Source: Macrostomum lignano (Eukaryota). Taken from it: 35,683 nt of DNA. Positions 22,709 to 32,719 of this stretch are shown piece by piece; the stretch's first letter is position 1; every line of letters begins with the position of its first letter. Location of the stretch: positions 1 through 35,683 of the forward strand of contig NIVC01002597.1 in NCBI GenBank assembly GCA_002269645.1, read 5' to 3'. The position numbers and the translations under genes were made by a program. The notes beneath the pieces are model-generated. The model had not been told where the DNA came from. It was given only the letters and a program-made list of their open reading frames with translations, and ran no database searches.

Positions 22709-25700
22709 TCATCGCTTTCATAACATGAATTTTAGCACTTATATATAATTCAACACTGAAAACTCCAAGCATAGGATAGAAATCACTCGAAACAGTCAGT
22801 TTCAATTATTAAAGTCAACAATTAATTAAAGTCAACAATATGGTTACGCAATCTAAATCTAAATCAAATGGCGCTGGCTTGAATTGTGGAGTTGCGATAA
22901 AGTAGGGGTTTGCGATATGGGAGAGTGTACAATGAGTATATAAAGTAAAAAGCATAGAAATCTTCTTTTCAATGCTGTGATTTTAATTTTTTGAATTTCA
23001 GCAAACAAATTATATTCCCGAACTCAGCGTTTCTAGCTCTTTCCAGTAATACAAGGCTCTCTTCTGAAAGTAAAAAACTCGAAGCACAAACAACGGTTGA
23101 ACATTCCTGCTTTAAAGTATTCAAATTCAAAAGGTGTACATTCAGTGCCAGCTACAGTGAGAGGCCTGCAAGTTGATGCATTGAAATTAACAACCAAGCC
23201 AATGCCCAGGACTAATTGAATAACGACACCCGCCCCTCAATTTCAATAACTTAAAGGTGTTGCGCAACCTTTCAACACTTGTAGCTCTCCACGCGAGTGT
23301 AGAGAACCAATGCTATAGTTGGCACTGAGTTATGATGCAATACAATTCCATCGGCAGTCAGACTGCTTCTCAATTAGAAAGAACTGTTTGAACTTAAAAA
23401 ACTTGGCGAAAAATCGAGTTTTTCGAATATTTAAGCCCGAAAAAATAAAGCAATTTCTTAGAAAAATTTTATGTACCAGCGCACTATCAATACGCATCGA
23501 ATGCAGAAGACCCCAGGAAATTCGGACCACGCAAAGTCAAGTTAAACGAAGGTTCCTATAGATAGGTACATAGTTTTGATTTTTAGTATATTGGACTAGC
23601 CAATCCCAACCCCCGTTGGGGCTTTCCATCCAAACTCCAACCACAGCTTTCCCCATCCACAAAATCCCCGATGCAAAGAATCCCCTATCCAAAAAACCCC
23701 CATCCAAGGAACCCCCATTGATAGAATCACCAATCCAAAGAATTCCCCATTCAATGAATCCCCTACTCAAGAAATCCTCGATCTACAGAAGCCCCCTATC
23801 TAAAGAATCCCTATCCAAAGAATCTCTCATTCACAGAATCCCCATCTAAAGGATCCCTTATCCACAGAATCCAAATAAAAAAGAATCGTCCATACATTCC
23901 TATCCAAAGAATCCCCCCATCCATCCCTATCCAAAGAATTTCCCCATCCATTTCTACCTAAAGAATCCCCTATCCATCTATACCCAAAGAATCCCCCCAA
24001 TGAATCTCCATCCAAATAATTCACATCATAATCCCCATCTAAATAATCCATAGATCTCCCATCTAAATAATCCCCTATCAAAGAAATAATTGCCCAAAGA
24101 ATTCCCTCATCTAAAGAACCCCATCTGAATAATCCCCATCCAAAGTATCCAAAGAATCTCCCATCCAAATAATCCCCCTATTAATAGAATTCTTGGTCAA
24201 AGAATCCCCTCATCTAAAGAACCCCCATCCAAATAACCCCATCTAACGAATCATTCATCTAAAGAATCAACCATTCGAAAAACCCTCCATCGAAACAATG
24301 CCCTATCAAAAGAATTCCCTTATGAATCACCTATCTAAAGATATATATTAAAAGCATCCCTCATCCAAAGAATCATCAATCCAAAGAATTCCCCCCAATA
24401 CTTAACATCTCAGCAATTCTCCCAAGCCTCAACACCTCAGAAAATTCCCCCAAGCCTTGACATCTTACCAATTTCTCCCCGTCTAAAGCCTTGACATCTC
24501 AGCAGTCCTACAAGTAGCCTCTATATCCCAGTTATTCCCTGAGTAAGCCTTTATATCTCAGTAACTCCCCTTGTAAGTCTTGACATCTTAGCAATTTCTC
24601 CCCATCCAAAGCCATGACATCTCAGCGATTCCCCCAAAGCCTTGACATCTCAGCGATTCCCCCAAAGCCTTGACATCTCTACAGTTTCCCATTAAGCCTT
24701 GAAATCTCAGCAATTCCCCTCCCCAAGACTTGACATCTTATAAATTTCCCCTTAAGCCTTGACATCTCAGCGATTCCCCCTACAAGCCTTGTATCTCAGC
24801 AAATCCCTCTTAAGCTTTCACATCTCATTAATTCCCCTAGGTAAGATTTTATACATATATTTTAATAATTCCTCCTGTAAATCTTGACATCTTAGAATAC
24901 TCTTCCAAGCAAGCACCCCCCCCCCAAGAGCAAGCGTCCTTCCAATAGCAAGCATCCCCTGATAGAAAGTACTCCCATTAAGATTAGTGAAACAATTTCC
25001 TCAGCTAGCCAATTCCAACCCCCATTGGGGCTATTTGTCCAAACTTCAAGCACAGTTTGTCCACGCAATAAAATTTCACCCAACTGAATCTCAAATTTAA
25101 AGAATCCCCCTTCCAAAGAATCCACCACCCATAGAATCCACAATACAAAGAATCTCACATGCAAAGAATCCGCTATCCAAAAACCTCCCATCAATAGAAT
25201 CCCCAATCCAAAGAATTCCCCCTTCAATGAATCCTCCTATCTGAATAATTGCCCATCTATAGAATCTTATATGCAGAGAATCCCTATCCAAAGAACCCCC
25301 ATCAATAGAATCCCCGATCCGAAGAATTCCCCTTCCAATGAATCCCCCATCGACAGAATCCCCTATCCAAAGAATCCCCCCATCCATCCCTATCCAAAGA
25401 ATCCCCCCATCCATCCCTATCCAAAGAATCCCCCCATCCATCCCTATCCAAAGAATCCCCCCATCCATCCCATTCAAAAGAATCCCCCATCTATCCCTAT
25501 CCCCCCATCTATCCCTATCCAAAGAATCCCCCTATCTATCCCTATCCCCCTATCTATCCCTATCCCCCTATCCATCCCTATCCAAAGAATCCCCCTATCA
25601 TCCCTATATAAAGAATCACCCCATCCATCCATATCCAAAGAATCCCCGACCTCCATCCATATTCAAAAATCCCCCTCCAAAGAATCCCAATCCAAAGAAT

Positions 25701-26271
25701 CCCCATCTACAAAATCCCAATCAAAATAATGCAAAGATTCACTCATCCAAATAAACCTCCATCAAAAGAATCATTGGCCAGAGTCCCCTCATCTAAAGAA
25801 CCCCGTCCAAATAATCCAAAGAATCAGACTCCAAATAATTTCCATCCAAAGAATCCAAAGAATCTCCCATCCAAATAATACCCTATCAATAAAATCCTAG
25901 GCCAAAGAATCCCCTCATCTAAAGAATCCTCGTCCAAACAATCCCATCAAATCCAAAGGATCCCTTTATCGAAAGATTCCTTCATCTAAAGAATCCCCCA
26001 CATTCAAAGAGCCCTTCATCGAAAGAATCCCCCATCGAAGGAATTTCTCAATGAACCACCTATCTAAAGATATCCATTAGAAGCAGCCCTCATGGAAAGA
26101 ATCCCCAATCCATAGAATTCCCCCCAACACTTGTCATCTCAACAATTCCCCCCAAGCCTTGAGACCTCAGTAATTCTCTCTTAAGCTTTGACATCTCAGC
26201 AATTTGCTCTCAAGACTTGAAATTTCAGGAATTCCCCCGCCAAGACTTGACATCTCATAAATTTTCCTTAA

Positions 26272-27283
26272 CCACGATGCGACTGATGGCACGATTTCGT
26301 GCCAAGCCAGCAAAACCGCCCCCGACTGACGCCTGGCTCAGACCGGTGGATTAGAGCAGTCAAACCCTTTTCCTGACTAGCCCACTATGCCAACACATCC
26401 GTTCCCGACGGCTTGGTTCAATATCGTGCCATAGAATTTTTTTAGCTCAAGTTTTTAAGCTTGTATACAAACCCCTTCCAGACTGAAGCAACTTTTCACG
26501 CAGTCTTTGCCAAGTAGATTTTGAGACACAGCCCTAGTGTTCCAGTGTTCCCACCGGTGCAGTCAAACTTGCTTAAGTTCTTTGTTTAAGTTTTATAGCA
26601 TTGTATTGCTAGCAGCATTGTTCTTGGACGAGCGTACGAGTAGTATAAATTACGAGATCATGAGCGCTGAGTCTGATTGGGAGACCGACGACGCGACGGA
26701 GTCCCCAATAGTTACCGATGACGAGTCTCTGAGCGACTATGAAGAGCTGAATCCAGATGTTGTAATGCTTATGTTCCTGAATCTTTTGTAAGCTTTTTCT
26801 GTATTTTTCAGGATAATATGCATAGCTTATATTATGGTTCGCAGGTTGTTTTTTTAGTTGTTATTTCTTTCATTAGTTTCACACACTTTATTGCATTCTT
26901 TCGAACTCTTGAACAGTAATACTGTTACAACACCGGTATATCAGGTCCATCAACGCACGTTCACATCAGTCCACATGTTCTTTTTATCAAATATATACAC
27001 AATTCCCTATTATGTTCTGCTCTATCTGTTAAAAAAAAGATTTTTGTCTTTCAACAAAAGCCATGGCACAAAAATGGTCCATATCAGTCTGCAATGGCTG
27101 TGCTATCTATGCGAAAGGTGGTGCAAACATAAACTAAATAATCGTCAGTCGGGTGCGGTTTTGCTGGCTTGGCATGAAACCGTGCCATCAGTCTCGTCGT
27201 GGAGCGCAAAAATGTCTATGGCACGATTTTGGTCCATCCATCAGGAACGGATATGTTGGCATAGAAGACTAGTCAAGAAAAGG
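26272..27283. mobile_element. piggyBac-like non-autonomous element, 1012 bp
   Basis: TTAA at 26268-26271 and 27284-27287. Both ends start with CC. Removing it restores the host satellite unit (cf. aatttccccTTAAgccttgacatctc near 24745). Two long inverted-repeat pairs. Internal acidic reading MSAESDWETDDATESPIVTDDESLSDYEE resembles a transposase N-terminus (weak evidence). Confidence 0.85.
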
Positions 27284-27657
27284 TTAAGCTTTGACATCTC
27301 AGCAGTAAGCCTTTATATCGCAGTAATTCCCCAGTAAGTCTACATATCTGAATAATTCCCCAGTATGTCTTGACATCTTAGCAATCTCACCTGATCAAGC
27401 ATGCCCTAAGAGCAAGCATCCTTTCGATAGCAAGCATCCCCTGATAGAAAGTAACCCAAGCAAGATAGTGAAAAAAATTTACTCAGCTAGTACAATAATT
27501 AGTTTCTTATCTAGTGCAATAATCCTTTTCAAAATTCAGAGTTTAATAAAAAAAATTGAATATACTACATGAACGCTCATAGCTTTTTCTCTTTTACCTG
27601 ATTTACTGGACATTTTTTTAAGTTAAAATTTTTAATAAAAAAACTTTTACTCTCTAA

Positions 27658-27714
27658 AAATTTGAACCCACGTTGCTGCATTAGCAGTTCAGTCTGTTCA
27701 CCTCTAGGCTAACT
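27658..27714 (-). pseudogene. Degenerate tRNA-Ser(GCT)-like fragment, copy 3
   Basis: ttagcctagaggtgaacagactgaactgctaatgcagcaacgtgggttcaaat, at the same position within H1 as copy 2 within H2. Confidence 0.5.
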
Positions 27715-29118
27715 TATCATTTTGATAACATGAATTGTAGCACATATATAATTCAACACTGAAAACTCTAAGCATAGAGTAGAAATCACTTGAAGCAAGT
27801 TATGACATAATCAATTTCTCAGGCAGGCAATATCAGTTTCAATTATTAAAGTCAAACATTAAAGTGAACAATATGGTTACACAATCTAAATTTAAATACA
27901 ATGGCGCTGGCTTGAATTGGGGAGTTGCGATAAAATGAAGGTTTGCGATATGGAAGAGCATACAATGTGAATTTTATATAAAGTAAAATTCATAGGAATC
28001 TTCTTTTTAATGCTATGCTCTTAATTTTTCAAATCTCAGAAAACAAATTATATTCCCGAACTCAGCATTTCTATCTCTTTCCAGCAATATAAGGTTCTTT
28101 TCTGAAAGTGAAAAACTCAAAGCGCAAACAATGATTGAACATTCCTGCTTTAAAGCATTGAAATTAAAAAGGTGTACATTCAGCGCCAGCTACAGTGACA
28201 GGCCTGCAAGTTGATGCATTGAAATTAACAACCATGCAATTCCTAGGACTAATTGAATGGCAAAACTCTCCCTCCAATTTCAATAACTTGAAGGTGTTGC
28301 GCAACCTTTCAATGCTTGTGGCTTTCCACATGAATGTAGAGAACCAATGCTATAGTTGGCACTGAGTTATGATGCAATACAATTTCATGGGCAGTCAGAA
28401 CACTTCTCAATTGGAAAAAACTGTTTGAACTTAAAAAACGGGCAAAAAATTGAGTTTCTCAAATATTTAATCCCAAAAAAATGAAGCAATTTCTTAGCAA
28501 AATTTTGTGTACTAGTGCACTATCAATAAATATCAAATGTAGAAAACCCCACGAAATTTGGACTACGCAAAGTCAAATTAAACGAAGGTTCCTATAGATA
28601 TAGATAAATAGGTAGGTAGATAGGTAGGTAACTAGATAATTTTGACTTTTAGTATATTGGATAGGATTTTAGTATATTAGAAAGATATGAAAATTATGAA
28701 TGCAATTAACTCACTTAAAATTTTACTTGTACATTGACTACATGACATAGTTTGGATTATATATAAATGTATGCCAGGTTTAACGCCAAAAAATGATGAG
28801 ACCTTAATTATATGCAAGGTTTATGCATCAAAATAAAAAAATTGTCATTTGACACAATGTATATGTTGCCTTCCAAACTATATCTAGACTACATGATTGA
28901 AACTTCTTATTTTTCAGTTTGATTTTCATACCTCCTAATTTGCCTCATACAAGGGTATGGGTATAAGATAGGAAGCAGTTAGACTAAATGTAGACTAGAC
29001 ATATACTAGTTAGTATAACAACATATTTTTTATTTATCAAGATACAAATAAGAAACTTTTAAAACTAGAAATATTTACTAAAATAAGTAGTAGGCCTAGT
29101 AGTAGTAATATCCATTTA

Positions 29119-29227
29119 AATGGACAAATATCAAATAGGCTATTTGTCTAGTATAATAATTGGACAAATAATGAAACAGCTATTTATTTGATAACCAGAC
29201 AAATAACCACATCACTATTTGTCTGGT
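29119..29227. other. Three further 13-8-13 bp palindromic sites of the same family as 15644-15712
   Basis: aatggacaaatat-caaatagg-ctatttgtctagt (29119-29152); attggacaaataa-tgaaacag-ctatttatttgat (29159-29192); accagacaaataa-ccacatca-ctatttgtctggt (29194-29227). Confidence 0.8.
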
Positions 29228-29424
29228 CACCATACCATTTTTTTAAATTGATTGACTAGACTTTTGTTAGGCCTTTAATTTAAAAAAAATATTTTTTACT
29301 AATTAACTATCAAAATACAAATCAATTTGATGAATGATGATAGTGTTGTTGTTATTACAGTAATTATAATAAATTAAGCAATATTTTTAGCAAAAAAATA
29401 AAAAGTAGTTGGGCAGGTATTTAC

Positions 29425-29508
29425 CGTTTCTTCAGCACCACTCAGCTTGCTTGCACTGCTATCTTCACATACACAGTACCACAAGCTGACTGAACTGTTT
29501 TGTGACAT
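29425..29508 (-). CDS. PTPN9: Candidate PTPN9 first coding exon (MSQNSSVSLWYCVCEDSSASKLSGAEET)
   Basis: ATG at 29508, 28 open codons, phase-0 donor acg|gtaaat at 29425/29424. The join LSGAEET|ALQNF parallels vertebrate LTPEEEQ|ATKQF. Upstream acceptor ctaatgcttcatag| at 29527. Confidence 0.65.
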
Positions 29509-30965
29509 TGACTTCACAAAGTAAAACTATGAAGCATTAGTTAAGGACAATGATACTCTAGGAATATTCTCCAGGGCATAATTTATGCAATTTTAACTTC
29601 ACTCATGGTAGGGCTAATCGTGTCGATTGGTGCTGCTGTCCTGTAACTGTAATGATGTAGTGTAGGCCCCTAACTTGGCCTAAGTGCCGGATGTGGCTAA
29701 GCTAAGAAAAATGAAAAAATGTGATCGATTCTTAAATAAATTTGATGATAAACTAAAAAGTGAAATTCTTAGAAAGAACTGAGTAACACTAACTGGAATA
29801 GTTATTACTACGTATAATAAAATGGAAAACGGCTGTACTAAATTATTATATTGGATTAATCCGGCACTTGCATATCAGTTTCTTTGAAATTAAGTATTCC
29901 ATGAAAAGGTTTAGTCAGTAAATCAAACTGTAAAGGCTAAAAAGTCATGGTAAAGAAATAGATATTGAAACTAAATTATTCAAAACATTAAAGTTTTAGG
30001 CAAAGAATACAATCAATTGGCTTCTACTAGCTCAAATATTTTTTTCTTTTTAGTATAACGAATGGCAGTCCAAAAATAATAATTTGTACAGTTGTACTGT
30101 CCAAACCTCAATTAATGGCCGTGGTATTTTATGTTCGTGAATTTTCTAATTTGTTTTGATTCTAATCAGGCTATGTTTGTAAATACTCGTAAGAAAATTC
30201 ATCCTTACAAGCTGGTGGCAAAACTATAATACGTACACTGTACGTACCAATTGTAGTTTACATGAACACACTGTATTAGAAATATAAAAACTGCTTTATG
30301 AGAAATATTAGAGCTCCAATTCAGTGTAGCATGGATGCATAGCCAAAAAGATGATAATTATTTTGTGCAAGGATAGAAGTAACTCACGGCAATGAAATTA
30401 ACAAATTTAAGCTGTCAGTCTTTTAAAGTAATGGTACATGTACGTATGCTGGGCCTCCTGGGCCAGGTTGGCGAAGAAAGGCCACGCCACTGACCGAATC
30501 TGAGGCGCCGGCGTCAGCCAGCAGGCAGAAAACGCCAAGTGTACGGCAAGTCCGCGGCGTCGAGCAGATCCTCTCGGACGCCGGGAACTAGCAGACCAAA
30601 CTACAAAAACTACAACCTATACATGTAGTAAGTATAAATTGTCTATAGTTTTAATTGTTATGCGTGGTTCCTAGCTAGAATGTGGTTGAATTAATGAGAA
30701 AACCGGAGGCTGATACCGAAGCAATCGCAGTTTATGTTATAGTTTGCTTTTAAGTAAATAATTATTTGAAAGTTTTTATTAAATTTTTTATCCGCAATTA
30801 CATTGTGCCGGTCTCTATATATTGACCACGCTACTACAAGTGCAAGTGCATGAATTAATTCTTTTATTCGCTTCAGCAAAAATAATACCACGTAAATTTC
30901 CAGTTCAAGTGCAGCAGGAGACGCGGAAGGTCAATATAAGAAACGAATAAAAATGAACCCAGCAG

Positions 30966-31078
30966 GCGCGAAAGCGCACTTTAAAAGAATTGTTGCCAAA
31001 AATTACTATTTTGCGCTCGGCATGTTAGCAGCGTGTTCATTGTTATATCGTGGAAATCTCCCGCGAAAATTGCGGGAG
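30966..31078. promoter_or_regulatory. Possible promoter segment with E2F-like motifs and a GC hairpin
   Basis: gcgcgaaa (30966-30973) and cccgcgaaaa (31060-31069) match TTTSSCGC-type sites on the minus strand. Inverted repeat ctcccgc-gaaaatt-gcgggag at 31058-31078. Motif match only. Confidence 0.25.
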
Positions 31079-31149
31079 GCGCGTGTGGTGGCCAAGGATG
31101 ATCCACGTTAGTTGGTTTTAAGTAAATCTAACACGCGCTGCACTCACAA

Positions 31150-32027
31150 TCAACAGTCGCCCGTAGGCTTCGGCTGCCGCAACCCAGCTCTGGCCATCAC
31201 GCGGCGAGCTACCGACTCGTTCGTGTGACTAAAAATCCGACAGAAGTCCTGCTGGCCGACAAGTCCCTTAGTTGACTGGCCGCGCGCAGCCCGTTGGAGC
31301 ACCTCAACGGCCAGGCAGATGCTCTCCTCAACCGTCTGAGTGACAATCCTGCTCAATGTGGATGTGTGCGTGCTCAATGATGGGTCCGAATTGAGCTCGA
31401 GTAGCCACACGTTGAAATCCGCTCCAATTAAGAAGTCGCAGCCAAACAGCTCAAATGACATTGGCTGATCACATAGCGAGCTGCTGGCCAGAGAGACCAC
31501 GTGAGCCAGGATCGCGCGGATTCGAGGATACAGCTGACGCCGTACCCAGTCAGTGCAGGGCGCCTTGAATCGTTGGTTGATGTAGTCGTTGAGCTGGTCG
31601 GGCGTCCACACCGTGTCTTCCTTAACAGCGTCGTAGGACGGGTCCCGCTGCTGCACGGCCTGATTGGTGAGGTGCAGCAACGGGTCGTCGCTGTCAGGCC
31701 GGTAAGACCGGCAGGCCAGTCGAACGTAGCCGGGGTGGCAGAAGGCGTGCACGCCGCGGCGAATTCCGCTGCGCAGGTTCGGCACCAGTAGCAGGTAGAC
31801 TCGCAGGTCGAACTTCCGACCTTCCAGTAGTAGCGGCGGATGCACGTAGCGCTGCATGATCAGATCGCGGTGTGCGTAGCCAGAGAACTTAGATTCCAGG
31901 ACTGCAGCCAGGCTGTTCAGCGATTGGCTTCGGCCGGCTTCCAGCGACGGCGAACGGAGCAGTGCGATGCCTTCACCGCAGTCGGCGTGACCGGGCTTCA
32001 TGAGGAACATGCCGCCGGGGTTTCGGC
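31150..32027 (-). CDS. TTLL10: TTLL10-like tubulin glycylase, last coding exon (ATP-grasp core)
   Basis: Acceptor atccag|GC at 32028/32027, phase 1. Contains FLMKP...GEGI, QRYVHPPLLLEGRKFDLRVY, GYVRL, HLTNQ..Q..DP.Y..VKEDTVW and FELFGCDFL...VWLLELNSDP. The HLTNQ-KEDTVW segment is TTLL10-like. Confidence 0.88.
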
Positions 32028-32530
32028 CTGGATTTTCGTGTGCTCGATTGTTTATACGGTTTATGATTATTGCTGTCTTCTGGAGCTGACCGTGGATGCT
32101 TACTATACTACGTCAATTAGTCGGGCTCTATGGTTCAAAAATATGTACGAGCAAGTTTGAGGCTCAAAATGTAGCTTAAAGTATGTTAGTTGTCAAAAGA
32201 AATAGTTTGGGTTTCCGAGCGGTGCCAAGAGGGCATTAACTGAACCCTAGAAATCTCTACTGTCCGACCACATCGACCGCCCAAAGCGATGATGGCAGAC
32301 ACTTTGAGAATCAGCACCGTTTTGACATCCTTAATTTACGCCTAAAAACCAGTCAATTTTTTTGCATTGCCAATAAATTCACAGACCGGAGGAAAGAACT
32401 GCAATGTGCGGAAAAAAGAGCGAATCAGGGAGCCGTACAAAGAGTGGAACAAAGAGCGGGAGTAAAGAGCAGAAGCAAAGTCGTAAAGGTGCAATAGGAA
32501 TTCCCCAAAAAATGATGTATAGCCTCTCAC

Positions 32531-32719
32531 GCATGCAGTCCAGAATGCTGAGCGCGCCCGATCCGTTGAGGTGCACCGTGTCGGGATAGAAAGTAGCCGC
32601 CTGCAGCCCGGTCGGCACCAGGCCGGGGTGGTTAAGCTCGAACTCGCGCAGGAGCCGGGCCAGACTGCACTTGTTGGCGATGAGGCCGCGAAAATGCAGC
32701 CGGTTCACGATGTGGCAGC
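32531..32719 (-). CDS. TTLL10: TTLL10-like internal exon
   Basis: Acceptor gtcgcag|GC (phase 1) and donor ATG C|gtgaga (phase 1). Reads (G)CHIVNRLHFRGLIANKCSLARLL...TFYPDTVHL. The 5' boundary is inferred from phase compatibility with the exon at 34175. Confidence 0.72.

Larger units (their letters stand above)
19237..23595 (-). mobile_element. Helitron-like element H2 with a duplicated satellite-bearing 3' module
   Basis: 5' TCcaatatactaaaa at 23595. AT-rich body 23595-22087, then modules 22086-20984 and 20983-19241, each ending in hairpin agcccc-aacg-ggggtt plus ggaattgg-CTAG. Confidence 0.68.
23596..28661 (-). mobile_element. Helitron-like element H1 with a duplicated satellite-bearing 3' module
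   Basis: A|TCcaatatactaaaa at 28662/28661 (alternative A|TC at 28686/28685). Body 28661-27491 is homologous to 23595-22087. Modules 27490-25009 and 25008-23600 each end in hairpin plus CTAG. The terminal CTAG (23599-23596) abuts the TC of H2. Confidence 0.68.

Noticed and set aside
17013-25754. Many repetitive ORFs (GGCLLS, DGWGDS, PIQRIP, PYPKNPP types)
   Set aside because: They are reading frames across the internal satellites, with no exon-like composition or splice context.
26650-27140. Functional piggyBac transposase (acidic N-terminal reading and a Cys/His cluster near 27085-27130)
   Set aside because: The element is about 1 kb, has no DDD core, and the Cys pattern needs frameshifts. 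At most a deleted remnant.
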